A stretch of DNA of 63,990 bases, filler included, from Porpidia crustulata (Eukaryota): NCBI GenBank assembly GCA_964255105.1. It is 4 parts of 4 records of this genome, joined end to end, with 100 filler letters (N's around TTAATTAATTAA, not from the genome) between each part and the next. Parts side by side here need not be neighbours in the genome. Positions count along the whole stretch, not along the records: positions 48,522 to 63,990 come from CAXUWE010000307.1; 3 more parts are not named here. One strand, 5' to 3'. A program made the position numbers and the translations under genes. A model generated the notes under the pieces. It saw only the letters and a list, made by a program, of their open reading frames with translations, was not told the DNA's origin and did not search any database. Numbering within the stretch: the first letter of the stretch is position 1; every line of letters starts with the position of its first letter. Shown piece by piece: positions 48,831 through 60,859 of the stretch.

Positions 48831-50671
48831 TCACACAACTCCCCCATCCTCCTTCTGCGGCAAAACGTACGTATGCTCTTGCAGTGCAGGATCGTCTACC
48901 GCCCTCCTGGCCTCCTCGACATCAGCTTCCGAGGCCGCCCGACTCGGACGCTTCTCATCCACTTTGGTTTGATTCAACATGGCCTCCGTGATCGCCTTTG
49001 CTTTGACGGCATATTTGCTCTTCGCGCGGATGATGCCGCCGTATTTGTAGAAGACGAATGGCATGGGCACGCAGGCGAAGGAGAGGAAGGCCGGGATGGA
49101 GGAGCCCCATTGGGTGCCGAGATTTTTGTACATTTGCGTTGTGAAGAATGGGCTGAAACAGATTAGTATTGCAGGGGGGGAAGGGAAAAGAAACGAGGGG
49201 AGTATTTAGAGGAGAGGAATTGGGAAGAGATGTACTCACAAAGCCACGCCGAACAAGCCGCGGAGAATGGCGTTGGCTGCGAGCGCGGAGGCGGCATACA
49301 CAGTGTACGCATCCACCACATAATTGATCAAGCTGATGAACAACAAGACCTGCCCAAAGCCAAACACCGCACCCCCGAGCACACTCACTATCCAATGTAC
49401 CATCAGATACGTGCTCCAAGCAGACCAGAACAGTCCGATGGGCAGTAGGACACTGCCAATGAGCGCCGGGTCAAGAGGGGCCTCGGGCTTCGCTTTGGCC
49501 GGGTTGCGCGCGATTTTCTTCTGGTATTTGAGCTCCATGAAGATGTAGAAGAACATACTCAGGAGTTGGCCGACCATGACACCGATATCTGGGAGGCCGG
49601 AGACGCCCTGGGACCAGTGGCGGGAGCCGGCAAAGACGACCGGGAATGCGGTGAATATGAGATAGAGTGTTCCGTAGACTGCGCATCCGCCATTAGTTAG
49701 TGACGAGGGGAAGCAGGGGAGACAGACGGGGAGAGATACTGACCAATGGCGGCATAGATGGAAAGTAGCAGCACGATCGGCTCAAAGAACAGGATGATCC
49801 ATGGTCTCGCGATTGCCGTTCCCAGCACCTTCCTCGACGTCTTATCCTCCTTCCCAACCTCCAGCTTACTGACATACCTTTTCCCTGTCATTGTTGATAA
49901 TTTATCCGCCCTTCGGATCAGTAGGTATGGCGTGTAGGGCTCCGGTACGACCAATGCCCCTACTAACCACAGTACGCCCGTAAACATCACCGTCATCCCA
50001 TCCACCCATCTCCACCCACCATACTGCCCCACAAATCCCCCCACAATAGGCCCAAGCGTGGGGCCGAGGAAAGGGGCAGACGTGTATACCATCATGGCTA
50101 GACCACGTTCCTTAGCAACAAACATATCAGCGATGACCCCAGCGGAATTGACGATACTGCTGCTGCCGAAGACGCCCGCGAAGAAGCGCAGCACGAACAG
50201 GGTTTGAATATTCTGGGCGCCGATGGACGCGGCACCAAAGATGGTCACAAGCGCGAACGTGATCACGTAGACGACCTGACGGCCGTAGAGCTCGGACATG
50301 GGCGCCCACGTTATGGGGGCGATGGCGAAGCCGAGCACGAAGAGAGATACAGTAAGGATGGAGAGTTCTTCGCTGCATTTCAGGTCACGCTGGATCTGAG
50401 GTAGGGTACCGGAGAAGGCGGTGGAGGAGAAGGCGACCGAGAGAGTGCCGAGTGCCATGATAAGCGTGATTATCCACTTCATGCTGCGGGATATGGTCAT
50501 CGGGTTGCGGGCGTCGCTGGGGATCCAGTCAACGACGTACGGGTCATCATCTGTTCCACTACCTGGGTGCTTGTGGCGAAGCACGGCATCCGTGATGAGG
50601 GTTTGAGAAATGATGAGTTGGATATGGGAGACTTTGGCCACGGCGGTCTCTTTTTCGGTTATGGAGCTCAT
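48831..50671 (-). CDS. MFS drug:H+ antiporter, DHA1 family (Tpo1/Flu1-like; 3 exons)
   Basis: [73 protein letters not shown]. Introns at ~49744-49679 and ~49239-49153. Confidence 0.93.
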
Positions 50672-51474
50672 GGTGGGAGATTTGGTGATTGGAGAAGATC
50701 GATTGAGTCGGACATGCCTAGAAGATCAATACGCTTCAGGTCATACAATCCCTTCACATGCTTTGCTTGTCCCTTCAACATGATATCTGTGGTCTTCCAG
50801 GCGGGCTAAAATTTGAGAACGCCTGTGCTGCTGTTCCAGACCGTCAAAGCAAGGCTCGGAAACCGCCCGAAGTCGAGGCGCTTGAGATGCCCGTAGATCT
50901 GAGTGCGGCGTGTCGAATTGTGAGTGCTGAGAGTTGAGTTGCCTCAAGAGAGTTCAGGCTTCGAGAAAGGTAAGAGAGGATGAAGAAGGTCAGCGCAGCC
51001 AATCGATAGCTAAAGCAATTGTTCACAAACTTTCTTGGTCGTGTTCGTGCTGTGGTCCTTATGGAAGCATCTTGAATCGCATTGATAGATCTTTGGACTT
51101 TTTATAGAGCTCAGGGAAGGGCAGCACCACTAGCACCACCATCACCGTTTTACACATTCCCTTCCCTACTCTTACTTATCCCTCCCTACCCATCCCTTCC
51201 CTTCCCTTACCGCTTCCGCTCATTGATCGATGGGGTTAAGCGGTCTCCATGGACATAAGGGAGATAAGCACCTGGAGATACGGCGGACTTGGTCTGCTGG
51301 AACAAGACTCGGGACAAATATGTCCGCGACTGAGATGAATAGTATCATCCATTACCGATCTTAGCCCCTATACTGTTCGTTCCTGCATTCGTTTCGCAAA
51401 TAAGGAAACGAGATGTAGGATGCCTCAGTGTGGTGACGGCGCCAAGAATGGCCCGTCCCTGCCGTTTACTACTA

Positions 51475-51602
51475 CTCGTTCCCACCCCCAAACGGTCCGC
51501 CCCACCTAGGGTTAGGGCTGTATAATAGGGTTAGGGTTATATTGCCTGATTTGCTTAGCGCCGACCGTTTGGGGGTGCGGACCGTTTGGGGGTGGGAACG
51601 AG
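51475..51602. mobile_element. 128-bp MITE with perfect 26-bp TIRs, TA target duplication and internal TTAGGG repeats
   Basis: TA|CTCGTTCCCACCCCCAAACGGTCCGC ... GCGGACCGTTTGGGGGTGGGAACGAG|TA; interior has TAGGGTTAGGG twice. Confidence 0.92.
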
Positions 51603-53232
51603 TACACGCACTCACCCCTCAACGGCCCACCTTGCCTAGGGTTAGGGCTCGATCAGTGATATAACTGATCTTTTTATACTCTTGATAGCATCCTCCTAGC
51701 AACAATAACTTCAACGCTGCCAATTCCATACCTGATGACTGCCAAAATGAAAAGGTAAATGTGGAGGACATCTTAGATCTACCTATGACGGAGTTTTCCA
51801 CGCCAAACCTGGATCTTTCGGATTCTTGAGGACTTAAGAGGACTTTAGTCATGTGATGTTTCTGCTCTTCTAGCACTGTAGTAAAGGTGATCTGAGCAGA
51901 ATAAGAGCCTCGACCAGAACTCTTTCAGAATCAAAATACCATGAGAGAGAGAGGGCAAGAAAGCTTGCCGTGCCAGTCGCACAAGAATCATGTGGTGGGG
52001 AATGGACTTCTTTCAGGATCTGAATATCTAGAAATGAGTGATGCGAACGATAATGGCCTTACGAGTCTCCACCGATCAAAGTCCTCATTCAATTGCTTTC
52101 AAGCCAATGTCGTCCGCTCCATGATAGGCCCAAAGCAGTGATCGATGAAGTGGGGATGGATCCAAGTTATGCGATTTGCCCATATATCATCATCGGCGGA
52201 CGCAGTCATATCTTTTTTTTGGAGCATGCAAATTTTGAAATCAACGATAGTTCGCCTCCGACGCCTCTCAGCCCTTTGAGAGTCCTGGTGGTGATAGATA
52301 TCCAAAAAGCGGCCTGACGAAGATTGTCGGATGTATTTCGACGGCATGGGCAACGCAACAAAAGCGCAGAAATCAATCAGATGCTGTCGTGGATCGTCTC
52401 CAATTGCTATATGACGGAACATAGTAATAAGTTTGGAAACACAATAATGTGAATTAAATAGGCAGTGTGCGACGCAGAGAATCTCGTAGGCAGTACGGAA
52501 ATAAAATGTCTATTTGAATTTTGCCGAGCGCCGAACTTGAAGAACTCAAACGACTCAAAAGCAAACTGGCAAACATAATATATAATTGAGACCTTGCAGG
52601 CGTGGTGCTCTCGCCTACATCAAGCTCTGCTTATTGTTTTTCTCGCTCAAAAATGGTATTATTCTTTTTTCGCATCGAAACGCGCAATTTGTAGTCCCAA
52701 GTCCGGGGCGTGTATGATCTCTCTCTCTCTTATTCTCTTGAACGATCAATCAGCCCGAAACCCTCTAAAGCATCGTCATCAGGATCAGAACAACGAATAT
52801 CCCAGAATAAGTCACCGACTGATGATCACCTAAACCCTCTAATTATCTCTGTCGGTCGATAATTCACACTCTCCTACGCTGTAAAGCTTTTCTTCACTTG
52901 GCACGCTTGCCTCACTCACAACGACAGCACGGAATTCTCCTAGTCTGGGCTTGAAAACAAGCGCGACTTTTCATTTTCAATGCTAAAGGGGGTTGTAAAG
53001 TGTTTTAAATACTGATAGGTAGGTGGTTTGGAATGCGTACTGAGGTATAATCCCTGCTATGGTATAGATTATAAGTCATAGTCGGTCAAGTGTATATTTT
53101 GTGTGAAGCTCTATGGATCTACTTCGTGGAGTTCCGTGAAACCCCCGCCACAATGTCCAAAAGTGCCACATTTATATTGCTTTTTGGGGGGGGGGACCCA
53201 TTCCGAACAATTCATCGAGGCCCATTTGCTAT

Positions 53233-55656
53233 TTATACCAAAACCATTCCGGCAGTTGGAGCATTGAGTAGGTCAATGATCTTGTTGTGCCCCTTTTCCA
53301 CCGCCAGATCCATCGCCGTGTCTCCATATTTGTTCGTAAACTCGGGGTCGGCACCTCGTTCCAGCAATACACGACAGACCTTCTCATGCCCCTTGGCCGC
53401 GGCTAAACAGAGTGGTGTCTCACCCTGTGCGTTTCGCACGTCCGACTTCTTCGCCCCGTCTCGACGGGTGAGCTCACCGACGATGGGATCCAAGCCCCGC
53501 TGCGCCGCGAGGAACAGCGAGAGGGTACCATTGTCATCCGCGACGTCTTGGTCGGCGCCTTGGCGAATGAGAAGGCGGGTAGACGAGACCTGCTCTTTGT
53601 CGACGGCGGAGAGGAGGGGGGTTTTCCCTTGGTAGCCACGGCAATTGATGTCGACGCCGGCTTCGAGGAGCGTTAGGATGACATCTCTGTGGCCTCCGAT
53701 GGAGGCGAGAATCAATGCTTTCTCAAGCTGTCGCGACCGAATGACGGGATCTTTGACTTTAGACTGCAAGAGTAGTTTGACCGTGCTCTCGTACCCAAAG
53801 CGTGCGGCTTCCTCGACCGGAGAGTAGGCTTGGCCTTTGGAAGGAAACGGGTCAGCGCCATGGGCGAGCAACATGGAGACTGAGCTCTCAAATCGAACGG
53901 CCTCACACAAGGGTGAACTTGCGTTACTGGTTTCGTCGTATCGATCTGGGTCCGCGCCATGCTCCAGCAGACATTTCGCCAATTTTTCCCTCGCCTCAGA
54001 ACTACCGCTCGATTTGGCGGCGAATCCGAGCGCTGACCGGCCGTAGATGAACCCAGTGTTCACGTTGGCTTTTGCTTCTGTGCACAAAATTTTCACCGTC
54101 TCCACGTGATTTTCTTTCGCGGCCAACATGAGAGGGGATGACTCGCGGCAGTTGTCCTCAGGGTCTGCCCCGTACTCCAGCAATAATCTTACTACCGCCG
54201 CATGGCCCTTTCCGGCCGCCAGCCCTAGAGCAGTCTCCTTGAGCTCATTCTTACCGTTTACATCTACGCTGCCATGCTCCAGCATCAGGCGCACCGTTTC
54301 TACCTGACCTACCTCCGCAGCCCGTCTGAGCACAGCATTATTACCAGGTGGATGAGGCGTGAGACCAGTGGCGTCTTCATGATCGAGCAATAATTGTGTT
54401 ATGGACGTGTTGCCACTTGATGCTGCCCAGTATAAAGCTGTGACATAGCCATCAGCTCCAGATTGGGGAGGGCTTTGGATCCTGGAACTTGCACCCTTGG
54501 CTAGCAAGAGTTTGACAAGGGCTTCACTCTGTTCATCTACCGCGCGATGGAGACATGGCCATTCGGATCCATCACGAGCGTCTGGATTGGCGCCTTCAAT
54601 AAGTAAGGATTTGGCTTTCTCAATGTTGGTATTACGAACAGCAGCTGTGAGCAAAATTCGTAACCGTTCAACCTCAGTCGCATCTCGATATAATGGAACT
54701 TGTATTGAGTAGGCTCCATCGTGGTTCAAGCCGTGGCGAGATGTAAATAGTAATGCGCCTGATCCCGAAGAAGGTAAGTAATCCATAAAATTCTCATGTT
54801 TGGCAGAGTCAAATCCGTCAAGGACCAATAACCATGGATGCCATCGGCTGCTAAGGAAAGACTTTACGAATTCTATTTTTTCATCCCCACTTTTCAAACC
54901 TTCTTTTGTACGGCGAACGATGTCTGAGATACTTTCGAGGCTGCGACGAAGATTGTCAGGCGTAGCAGCATTCATCCAAAATATCGTTTGGAATTGTCCA
55001 ATGTCCTTGGCCTGGTGACAATATTCCACCGCAAGCTGAGTTTTGCCAGCTGTCTCCTGCCCAACAAGCGCAACCATAATTGGGCTTTGGACCTGGGAAG
55101 TTGCGGCTGGAAACAGTCGTGCTTCAAGGTCCTGCATAAGCTCATTACGTTCCACGAAAGGCAATACTCTTTTGACTGGCACTTCGAAATAGTAAGATTC
55201 TTCGTGCACGGCCAAGGAGGCGTCTGGACCATGAATTACCCGGTGTAAGATCAAGACTGAAATGTAAGTCTGCAAGTTCTTCTCGATTGCCAATATCTTC
55301 TCATCATTCTTCAGACCCACAAATACTTTCTGAACTTTGGTCACCAAAGAGTCGCCTTGGACGTGTAGGACCTTTTCAATAATTCGATCGACTTTTTCCA
55401 CCTGTTGCAAGCATCCAGCAACAACTCCTTTCAGAATACATCTCGTGTCTAAATCAACCTTTTCCACTTCGATCCCGGTCTTCACTCTTTCGAGGGACCT
55501 CAGTAGCAGCGGAAGCTGAGCAGCAATATGTTGCAGCGCTTTAGGGACATCATTTGTGGCTGCATTGTATTCTTTCAAGCGTGCCGCGACTTGTATCCCG
55601 AGGTTCACAAACTGAGCGATTGAAGCTGCAACGCCAATCGCTGAAAGAGGGTCCAT
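53233..55656 (-). CDS. NLR-like protein: SesA/HeLo-like N-terminus, NB-ARC-like P-loop domain, ankyrin repeats (intronless)
   Basis: MDPLSAIGVAASIAQFV; FVER, Walker A GQETAGKTQLA, IFWMNA, Walker B WLLVLDGFD, LFTSR; then about a dozen ankyrin repeats. Confidence 0.88.
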   Translation of the reverse strand: MDPLSAIGVAASIAQFVNLGIQVAARLKEYNAATNDVPKALQHIAAQLPLLLRSLERVKTGIEVEKVDLDTRCILKGVVAGCLQQVEKVDRIIEKVLHVQGDSLVTKVQKVFVGLKNDEKILAIEKNLQTYISVLILHRVIHGPDASLAVHEESYYFEVPVKRVLPFVERNELMQDLEARLFPAATSQVQSPIMVALVGQETAGKTQLAVEYCHQAKDIGQFQTIFWMNAATPDNLRRSLESISDIVRRTKEGLKSGDEKIEFVKSFLSSRWHPWLLVLDGFDSAKHENFMDYLPSSGSGALLFTSRHGLNHDGAYSIQVPLYRDATEVERLRILLTAAVRNTNIEKAKSLLIEGANPDARDGSEWPCLHRAVDEQSEALVKLLLAKGASSRIQSPPQSGADGYVTALYWAASSGNTSITQLLLDHEDATGLTPHPPGNNAVLRRAAEVGQVETVRLMLEHGSVDVNGKNELKETALGLAAGKGHAAVVRLLLEYGADPEDNCRESSPLMLAAKENHVETVKILCTEAKANVNTGFIYGRSALGFAAKSSGSSEAREKLAKCLLEHGADPDRYDETSNASSPLCEAVRFESSVSMLLAHGADPFPSKGQAYSPVEEAARFGYESTVKLLLQSKVKDPVIRSRQLEKALILASIGGHRDVILTLLEAGVDINCRGYQGKTPLLSAVDKEQVSSTRLLIRQGADQDVADDNGTLSLFLAAQRGLDPIVGELTRRDGAKKSDVRNAQGETPLCLAAAKGHEKVCRVLLERGADPEFTNKYGDTAMDLAVEKGHNKIIDLLNAPTAGMVLV

Positions 55657-56268
55657 TACAGACACTAAGATCCCACTATCTATATTGACCACTTATGTGT
55701 AATGTACCAAAAAATCCGATAAGTATAGGTCAGGAAATTGTAGGGTTACGTGTTCTGGAGGATAAGCAGTGGAAGAGAAAGACGGGAAACGCAAAGGGAC
55801 AAGTCTACCTAGTCAAAACGGTAAAAAGAAGATTTAAGAAGTCATCAATTGCGCGCAGAGTGCAGCACTTCTTGCTTTTTGTTTGCAGACCATGGAGGCG
55901 AGTCACAGACCACATGAAATTGGGGTCCAAGGCTGAAGCCACCTCCTTTCCTCTCGCGTGGGGGCCGTAGCCTGATCTGACATCGTCGTTGTCCATCCAT
56001 GGTGTAAACTGTCAAAAATTGATGTATCTAAATAGACAGCAATCTGTTGAATATTTCCAATCTTGATCATATTAGCTTTACGACGACCTGAATGCAAGCG
56101 TAGAGAGGGCCTGAATGTATCTACCTAGTACCAGGAGAAGCCACCAGGCTAGCTCTATTTCGGGTATCTGTCTAAGTCCACACCACGTGACTATCTAGCT
56201 CGCAACTCAGTAGGAGTGCTCAGTTCGACGTGACGTGAGCATTTCACATTCAACAGCCTCCACCAAAC

Positions 56269-57064
56269 ATGCAAAGCTCTAGCACAATCGGTTTCAGATT
56301 TCCTGAAATCCTGCACCTTCAAGCATGCGTAGCACGGAGAGCGATTGGCTCACCCCACTACAATTCAACAGTAGCAGCTAATTATCGCCCCCGAGTTGCT
56401 CGCAATGTTCACTGTTGTTCACGGACTCTCTCTTCGGCAACAATACTTCGAGCTGCCCGAAATCTCAAGTCATCAGACCGTGGCCCTTCATCTACGGAAG
56501 ACACCCAGACTGACTTCGGTTCCATGAATGTCCTGGGAAACACCCCTGCACCAACGACAGCAATTGATGCGTGCCTAAGTGATGGATTCCACTTCGATAG
56601 CGGATTGAAGATTGGCGGGGGTAGTGGGTGTCTGCTGGTCGGAGGAGAGGCGTTCAGTTGGAGACCTTGGGAGGCAGGAAGCAGACCACAAGGCTCAGGT
56701 AAAGGCCGGATGATTAACAAGAAAGGGCAGTGGGATGTCGAGAATGAAGCTTGGGGTATACTTGATCTAGTATGGCCGAAACCTGGTACAACACTTGATC
56801 TCCCCAAACCACTCGTTCGTGAAGAGGCCTCATGGTCAAAGCGTTGCTGACATCTACGTTCCAGATCTTCTGATCTTAGGTTTAGGACCCCACATGTATC
56901 CACTTTCTCCAGAGACGAGAAATCATATAAATTCACTAGGTATCCGCGTGGACATACAAGATACCAGAAACGCAGCGGCTCAATTCAATCTCCTTGCAAC
57001 GGAACGCGGTGTTGGCGAAGTCGCTGCTGCATTGATCCCGATTGGATCGAGAGAGCCAGCATGA
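56269..57064 (+). CDS. NDUFAF3: Mitochondrial complex I assembly factor 3 (Mth938-like)
   Basis: Arg/Ser-rich presequence; TDFGSMNVLGNTPAPTTAIDAC; WPKP|DLLILGLG across intron 56786-56864; DTRNAAAQFNLLATERG. Confidence 0.9.
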
Positions 57065-57900
57065 GTTGCAAAGCATAACAAAGTGGTGAATCCGCCGTTG
57101 AGGTCAGAATGATAACACCTGGACTCCGTCGCAATATAGTTTAAACGTAGCTTCTGGATCCCAAGAACAAAGATGGCTTTAGCAACCAGCCATCTGCTAG
57201 GCTGGCTTAATTAGCTTAGCAGGCTTTGATGGCAGATGTGTCGAGAAGCTATACTGATTTGCTTCCATGTATGCAGAAATACACGAAGCATGTGTCGGTG
57301 TGGAGACCTAAAGAAAGAAAACATCCTTCTCATGTAGAGAACACCTTTGATGGATTGATACTAGTTACAGTAATAATAGAGCATCTGTAGCCTACACTTC
57401 CAGAAACCTGAAATCATAACTCCGATTTAATGGGACCATTTGCCAATTTTCAGATCATGAATGTCTGAATGTCGAAAGTCGGAACTCCCAGATTAGAATC
57501 CCGGAGCTAGCCGAAACTCGGATGTGTCATTAGTGAAGTCTAAGAAAAGCTTAGTCGATTGCTAGGGGGAGGCGGGCCTTGTTGGAGGCCATGAAGAAGC
57601 AATTGCAGCATCGTGATTAATACTTCTTCCATTCTCCAAGGCTGTGGCCAACTCGCCCATCAACGCTCGCTCAGTATTATAATAATCATTGTTTCTCCGT
57701 TCGTTGATGTTCTCGTTCGTTTGAGTTCCACGACTGTAGCTCTCTATCGTTTATTCAGTCCAGGGACAAAGGAACGAGATCGCTTGTCTTGCCCGGCGCA
57801 TCTCCCTTGGACTTAGTATTATCCGGTCAATTTCGTGAGGAGCTGCGATACAAGCAGCGGTCGAATAGTCATATAATTAATATCAAGTCTCCGCTCAATC

Positions 57901-59435
57901 ATGGTCCATATTGTGGCCTCGACTGTGTTGGCTATCTTTGGGGCTTCTGCAGTCCTTGGTCAAAGTAGCAGTGGTTCCACGAATAGCGGAGGCATCCAGT
58001 GCGGCCCAGGGAACAATTGCCCTACAGATTCTCCTTGTTGCTCTCGTAAGTACGTTTGATATCGACGAAACCGTTCGAGACTAACGTAAGTTTGAATGCA
58101 GAATACGGGCAATGTGGGTTAGGAGCCTACTGTCTAGGAGGCTGCGATCCTATACACTCGCACTCACTTGATTCGTGTATGCCAGCACCAGTATGTAAGA
58201 GCCAAGATTACCAAATGACTACATTAGACGGGATGCAAGCAAATACGGATTATCTGGGCGACGCGTCGAAAGCGAATTGGGTGACCAGTGGAACTCCGAA
58301 GATCTTCCAAGATCAAGTCCTCCTCACACTGTCAGAAACTGGACAGAGCGGGTCTGGAACCTTACTAGCTAGCACCTCGTATGTCTGGTACGGGAAGGTG
58401 TCGGCGCAATTGAAGACCAGTCGGGGTCAGGGTGTTGTTACAGCGTTTATTCTGCTGTCAGACGTCAAGGATGAAATCGACTTCGAGTTTGTTGGCACGA
58501 ATCTTAACACGGCGCAATCTAACTACTACTTTCAGGGTATCACAGATTGTGAGTGTCCGATGAACAGTTTCGAACATCTCATACTAATTATCGTAGACCA
58601 CAACGAAATTGATGTCAAGGTTGGCAACAGCACCTTTGAAAATTATCACACATATGAACTGGATTGGACCCCGGATCAGATCACATGGTCGGTGGATGGC
58701 ACCTCTTACCGAACACTGAAAAAGAGTGATACGTGGAATTCGACAACTAACCAGTTTCATTACCCTCAGACACCAGCTCGCGTGCAGCTCTCTCTTTGGC
58801 CTGCAGGGTCAAGCAAAAATGGACAAGGCACGATAGCCTGGTCTGGTGGCTTGGTGGATTGGAAGAGTGACGATGTCAAGGCGAATGGCTATTACTATGC
58901 CATGTTCAAGGATGTTAACGTCCAGTGTTACTCCGCGCCATCGGGGGCTAATATCTCCGGAAAGAATTCTTACATCTACACTTCACCGTCAGGCGATAAC
59001 TCGTCTGTTGCCACAACTGATAAAAACACGATCTTGAAGTCCCTTCTCGGATCTGGTACAGATCCGAATAAGGATTTCCCAGCAAAGCCCTCTGCCTCTG
59101 GCACAAGTACTGCCTCTGCATCCCCGTCGGCGTCGAGCAACGTCGCACTTGTTCCCGGTTTGACCGGTGCCGGACCAGCAATTAACAACCATGGCGGCGG
59201 TAGTGATACAAGTGGAAGCAGTGGTAGCTCCGGGTCAGGGTCAGGATCGGGATCAGGCTCTTCTGGGAGTGGTACCTCAACTGTTGCTGGCTCAACGTCA
59301 ACAGCTGGCATTGGAGGCTTTGTGCAAGGTGATCAAACTAAGAAGAGTGACAGCGCTCCTCCAAAAACCGAAAGGGTCTTCCAAGGGTCGATGTTCGCCG
59401 CATTGGTAGCATTAATGGGTATGATGATCTTGTAA
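57901..59435 (+). CDS. UTR2: GH16 chitin-glucan transglycosylase Utr2/Crh2 with Cys-rich chitin-binding N-terminus and GPI-type C-terminus
   Basis: Signal peptide; CPTDSPCCSQYGQCGLGAYCLGGCDP (intron 58046-58101); catalytic DEIDFEF; in-frame intron 58549-58596; Ser/Gly-rich tail; hydrophobic end. Confidence 0.93.
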
Positions 59436-60601
59436 TCACTGGATTCTTGGTTCTTTGTTTTTGAGACTATTAATTCATTGGGTAGGTTAGGAAAGTTGGG
59501 GGAGTCGCACTCTTTTAGGCTGTCCTTCGTTTATATATTTCATCAGCATTTAGCGTCCATCTCATCTACGCTGTCATTGTACATGTTAAGTGGTTGGGTG
59601 GTAATCAGTCTAGCATTCAAATCAAATGCTTCTTGCTCAGCCTCTGGGCACGTCAGGCTCTTGGGAGCACGTTCTACGTAGTACAAGTGCAGTTTTAGAT
59701 AAGCCTCGAATCAGCAACGCACGAGCTGCTAAGGAGCGGATTCGTGCATTGGGCGAGCTTCATTCCTGCAGGTATCCCAACATAGGATGCGGGACGGGAA
59801 GCATGTGAAGTTCATGGATATCTCTAATTTTGGTCTGCGGGATGCTCAACGATCTTCAACGTCCGTGTTTTCGCTTCAGTTACCGCCTACTCAAACATGG
59901 AATCCGTGCAGCTCCAATTCGTCCTGAAGAGGCTCGGCACTGCCACCTAGATTCATCACTAAAGAGATTTCCGGAAACCGGCGTTGAGCCAACTAAAACG
60001 GATATACCAGGTTTGCACAAGGCCTATGAAGATTGATTGCCGGCCCACCATCGTCAGAACACTTAGCTTCAGCGAATGTCCATGATGGCTGTTGTCTGTT
60101 CTTATTGTTTGTGCTGCTGATTGACTAGAAAGAGGCAATAAAGTCGTGACTTCAACACACCTGATTTGCATCGTGGCAATCTGAGTGTTGGTGTTAATTT
60201 AGACACCGTTATGGAGGCCATCTCCACCGAAAGATCGGCTTTGGCCTGAATATCTGAGCTATCTTGATGCACTGGCAGTCGCCACGATTCTCATCTTGTT
60301 GCACCCCAGTTTGTGTATCGCCAATGTACTATTGACTTCTTAACAGTATGGTGAATCAGATTGCTTCAGGTGTTGGATTGTTGGCAAAGCATTTACTATA
60401 TTATGACTCTTTGTACCTTGTACTTTCCACTTGGAAGACTTCCTCACCGTCAGCTGATGTCCTATTCGCTACACTAGCCACCTGTCTGTTTATCTGTTCA
60501 TATAGGGAATTCTGTTGTTTGGAACCTTTCACGATCTCAGCCTGCTAGCTTTTATAGTTCTTCCTACCACCCACCACCCCCATCGTCTAACCACCTCCTC
60601 C

Positions 60602-60859
60602 ATGTGTACCTTCCATGTGATTTTCTTCACGTGTGGGCACAATAGCGGACCGCTCTGCCGGCACTTCTGCACCGCTTCCTGGCAGCAGCTGATGCGAATC
60701 TACGACCCGAGGGAAAGAGGACTCTGTTTCGACGTGTCAGAACAATGCAGGCCTCGGATGAACAGGAACATCAACGCGCTTCATAGCGACGGACTTTGTA
60801 GGGGATGCCAGGTTCCAGGCTGGCAGTTTACGGGAATAAGACGTACACACTGGACATAG
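60602..60859 (+). CDS. Small Cys-rich protein, MC..CGH type (85 aa)
   Basis: MCTFHVIFFTCGH...FC...QC...LCRGC; ATG follows a pyrimidine-rich leader. Confidence 0.55.
   Translation: MCTFHVIFFTCGHNSGPLCRHFCTASWQQLMRIYDPRERGLCFDVSEQCRPRMNRNINALHSDGLCRGCQVPGWQFTGIRRTHWT

Noticed and set aside
51660..52900. AT-shifted stretch with short ORFs downstream of the MITE
   Set aside because: It looks RIP-degraded, but I could not reconstruct a consistent frame or family.
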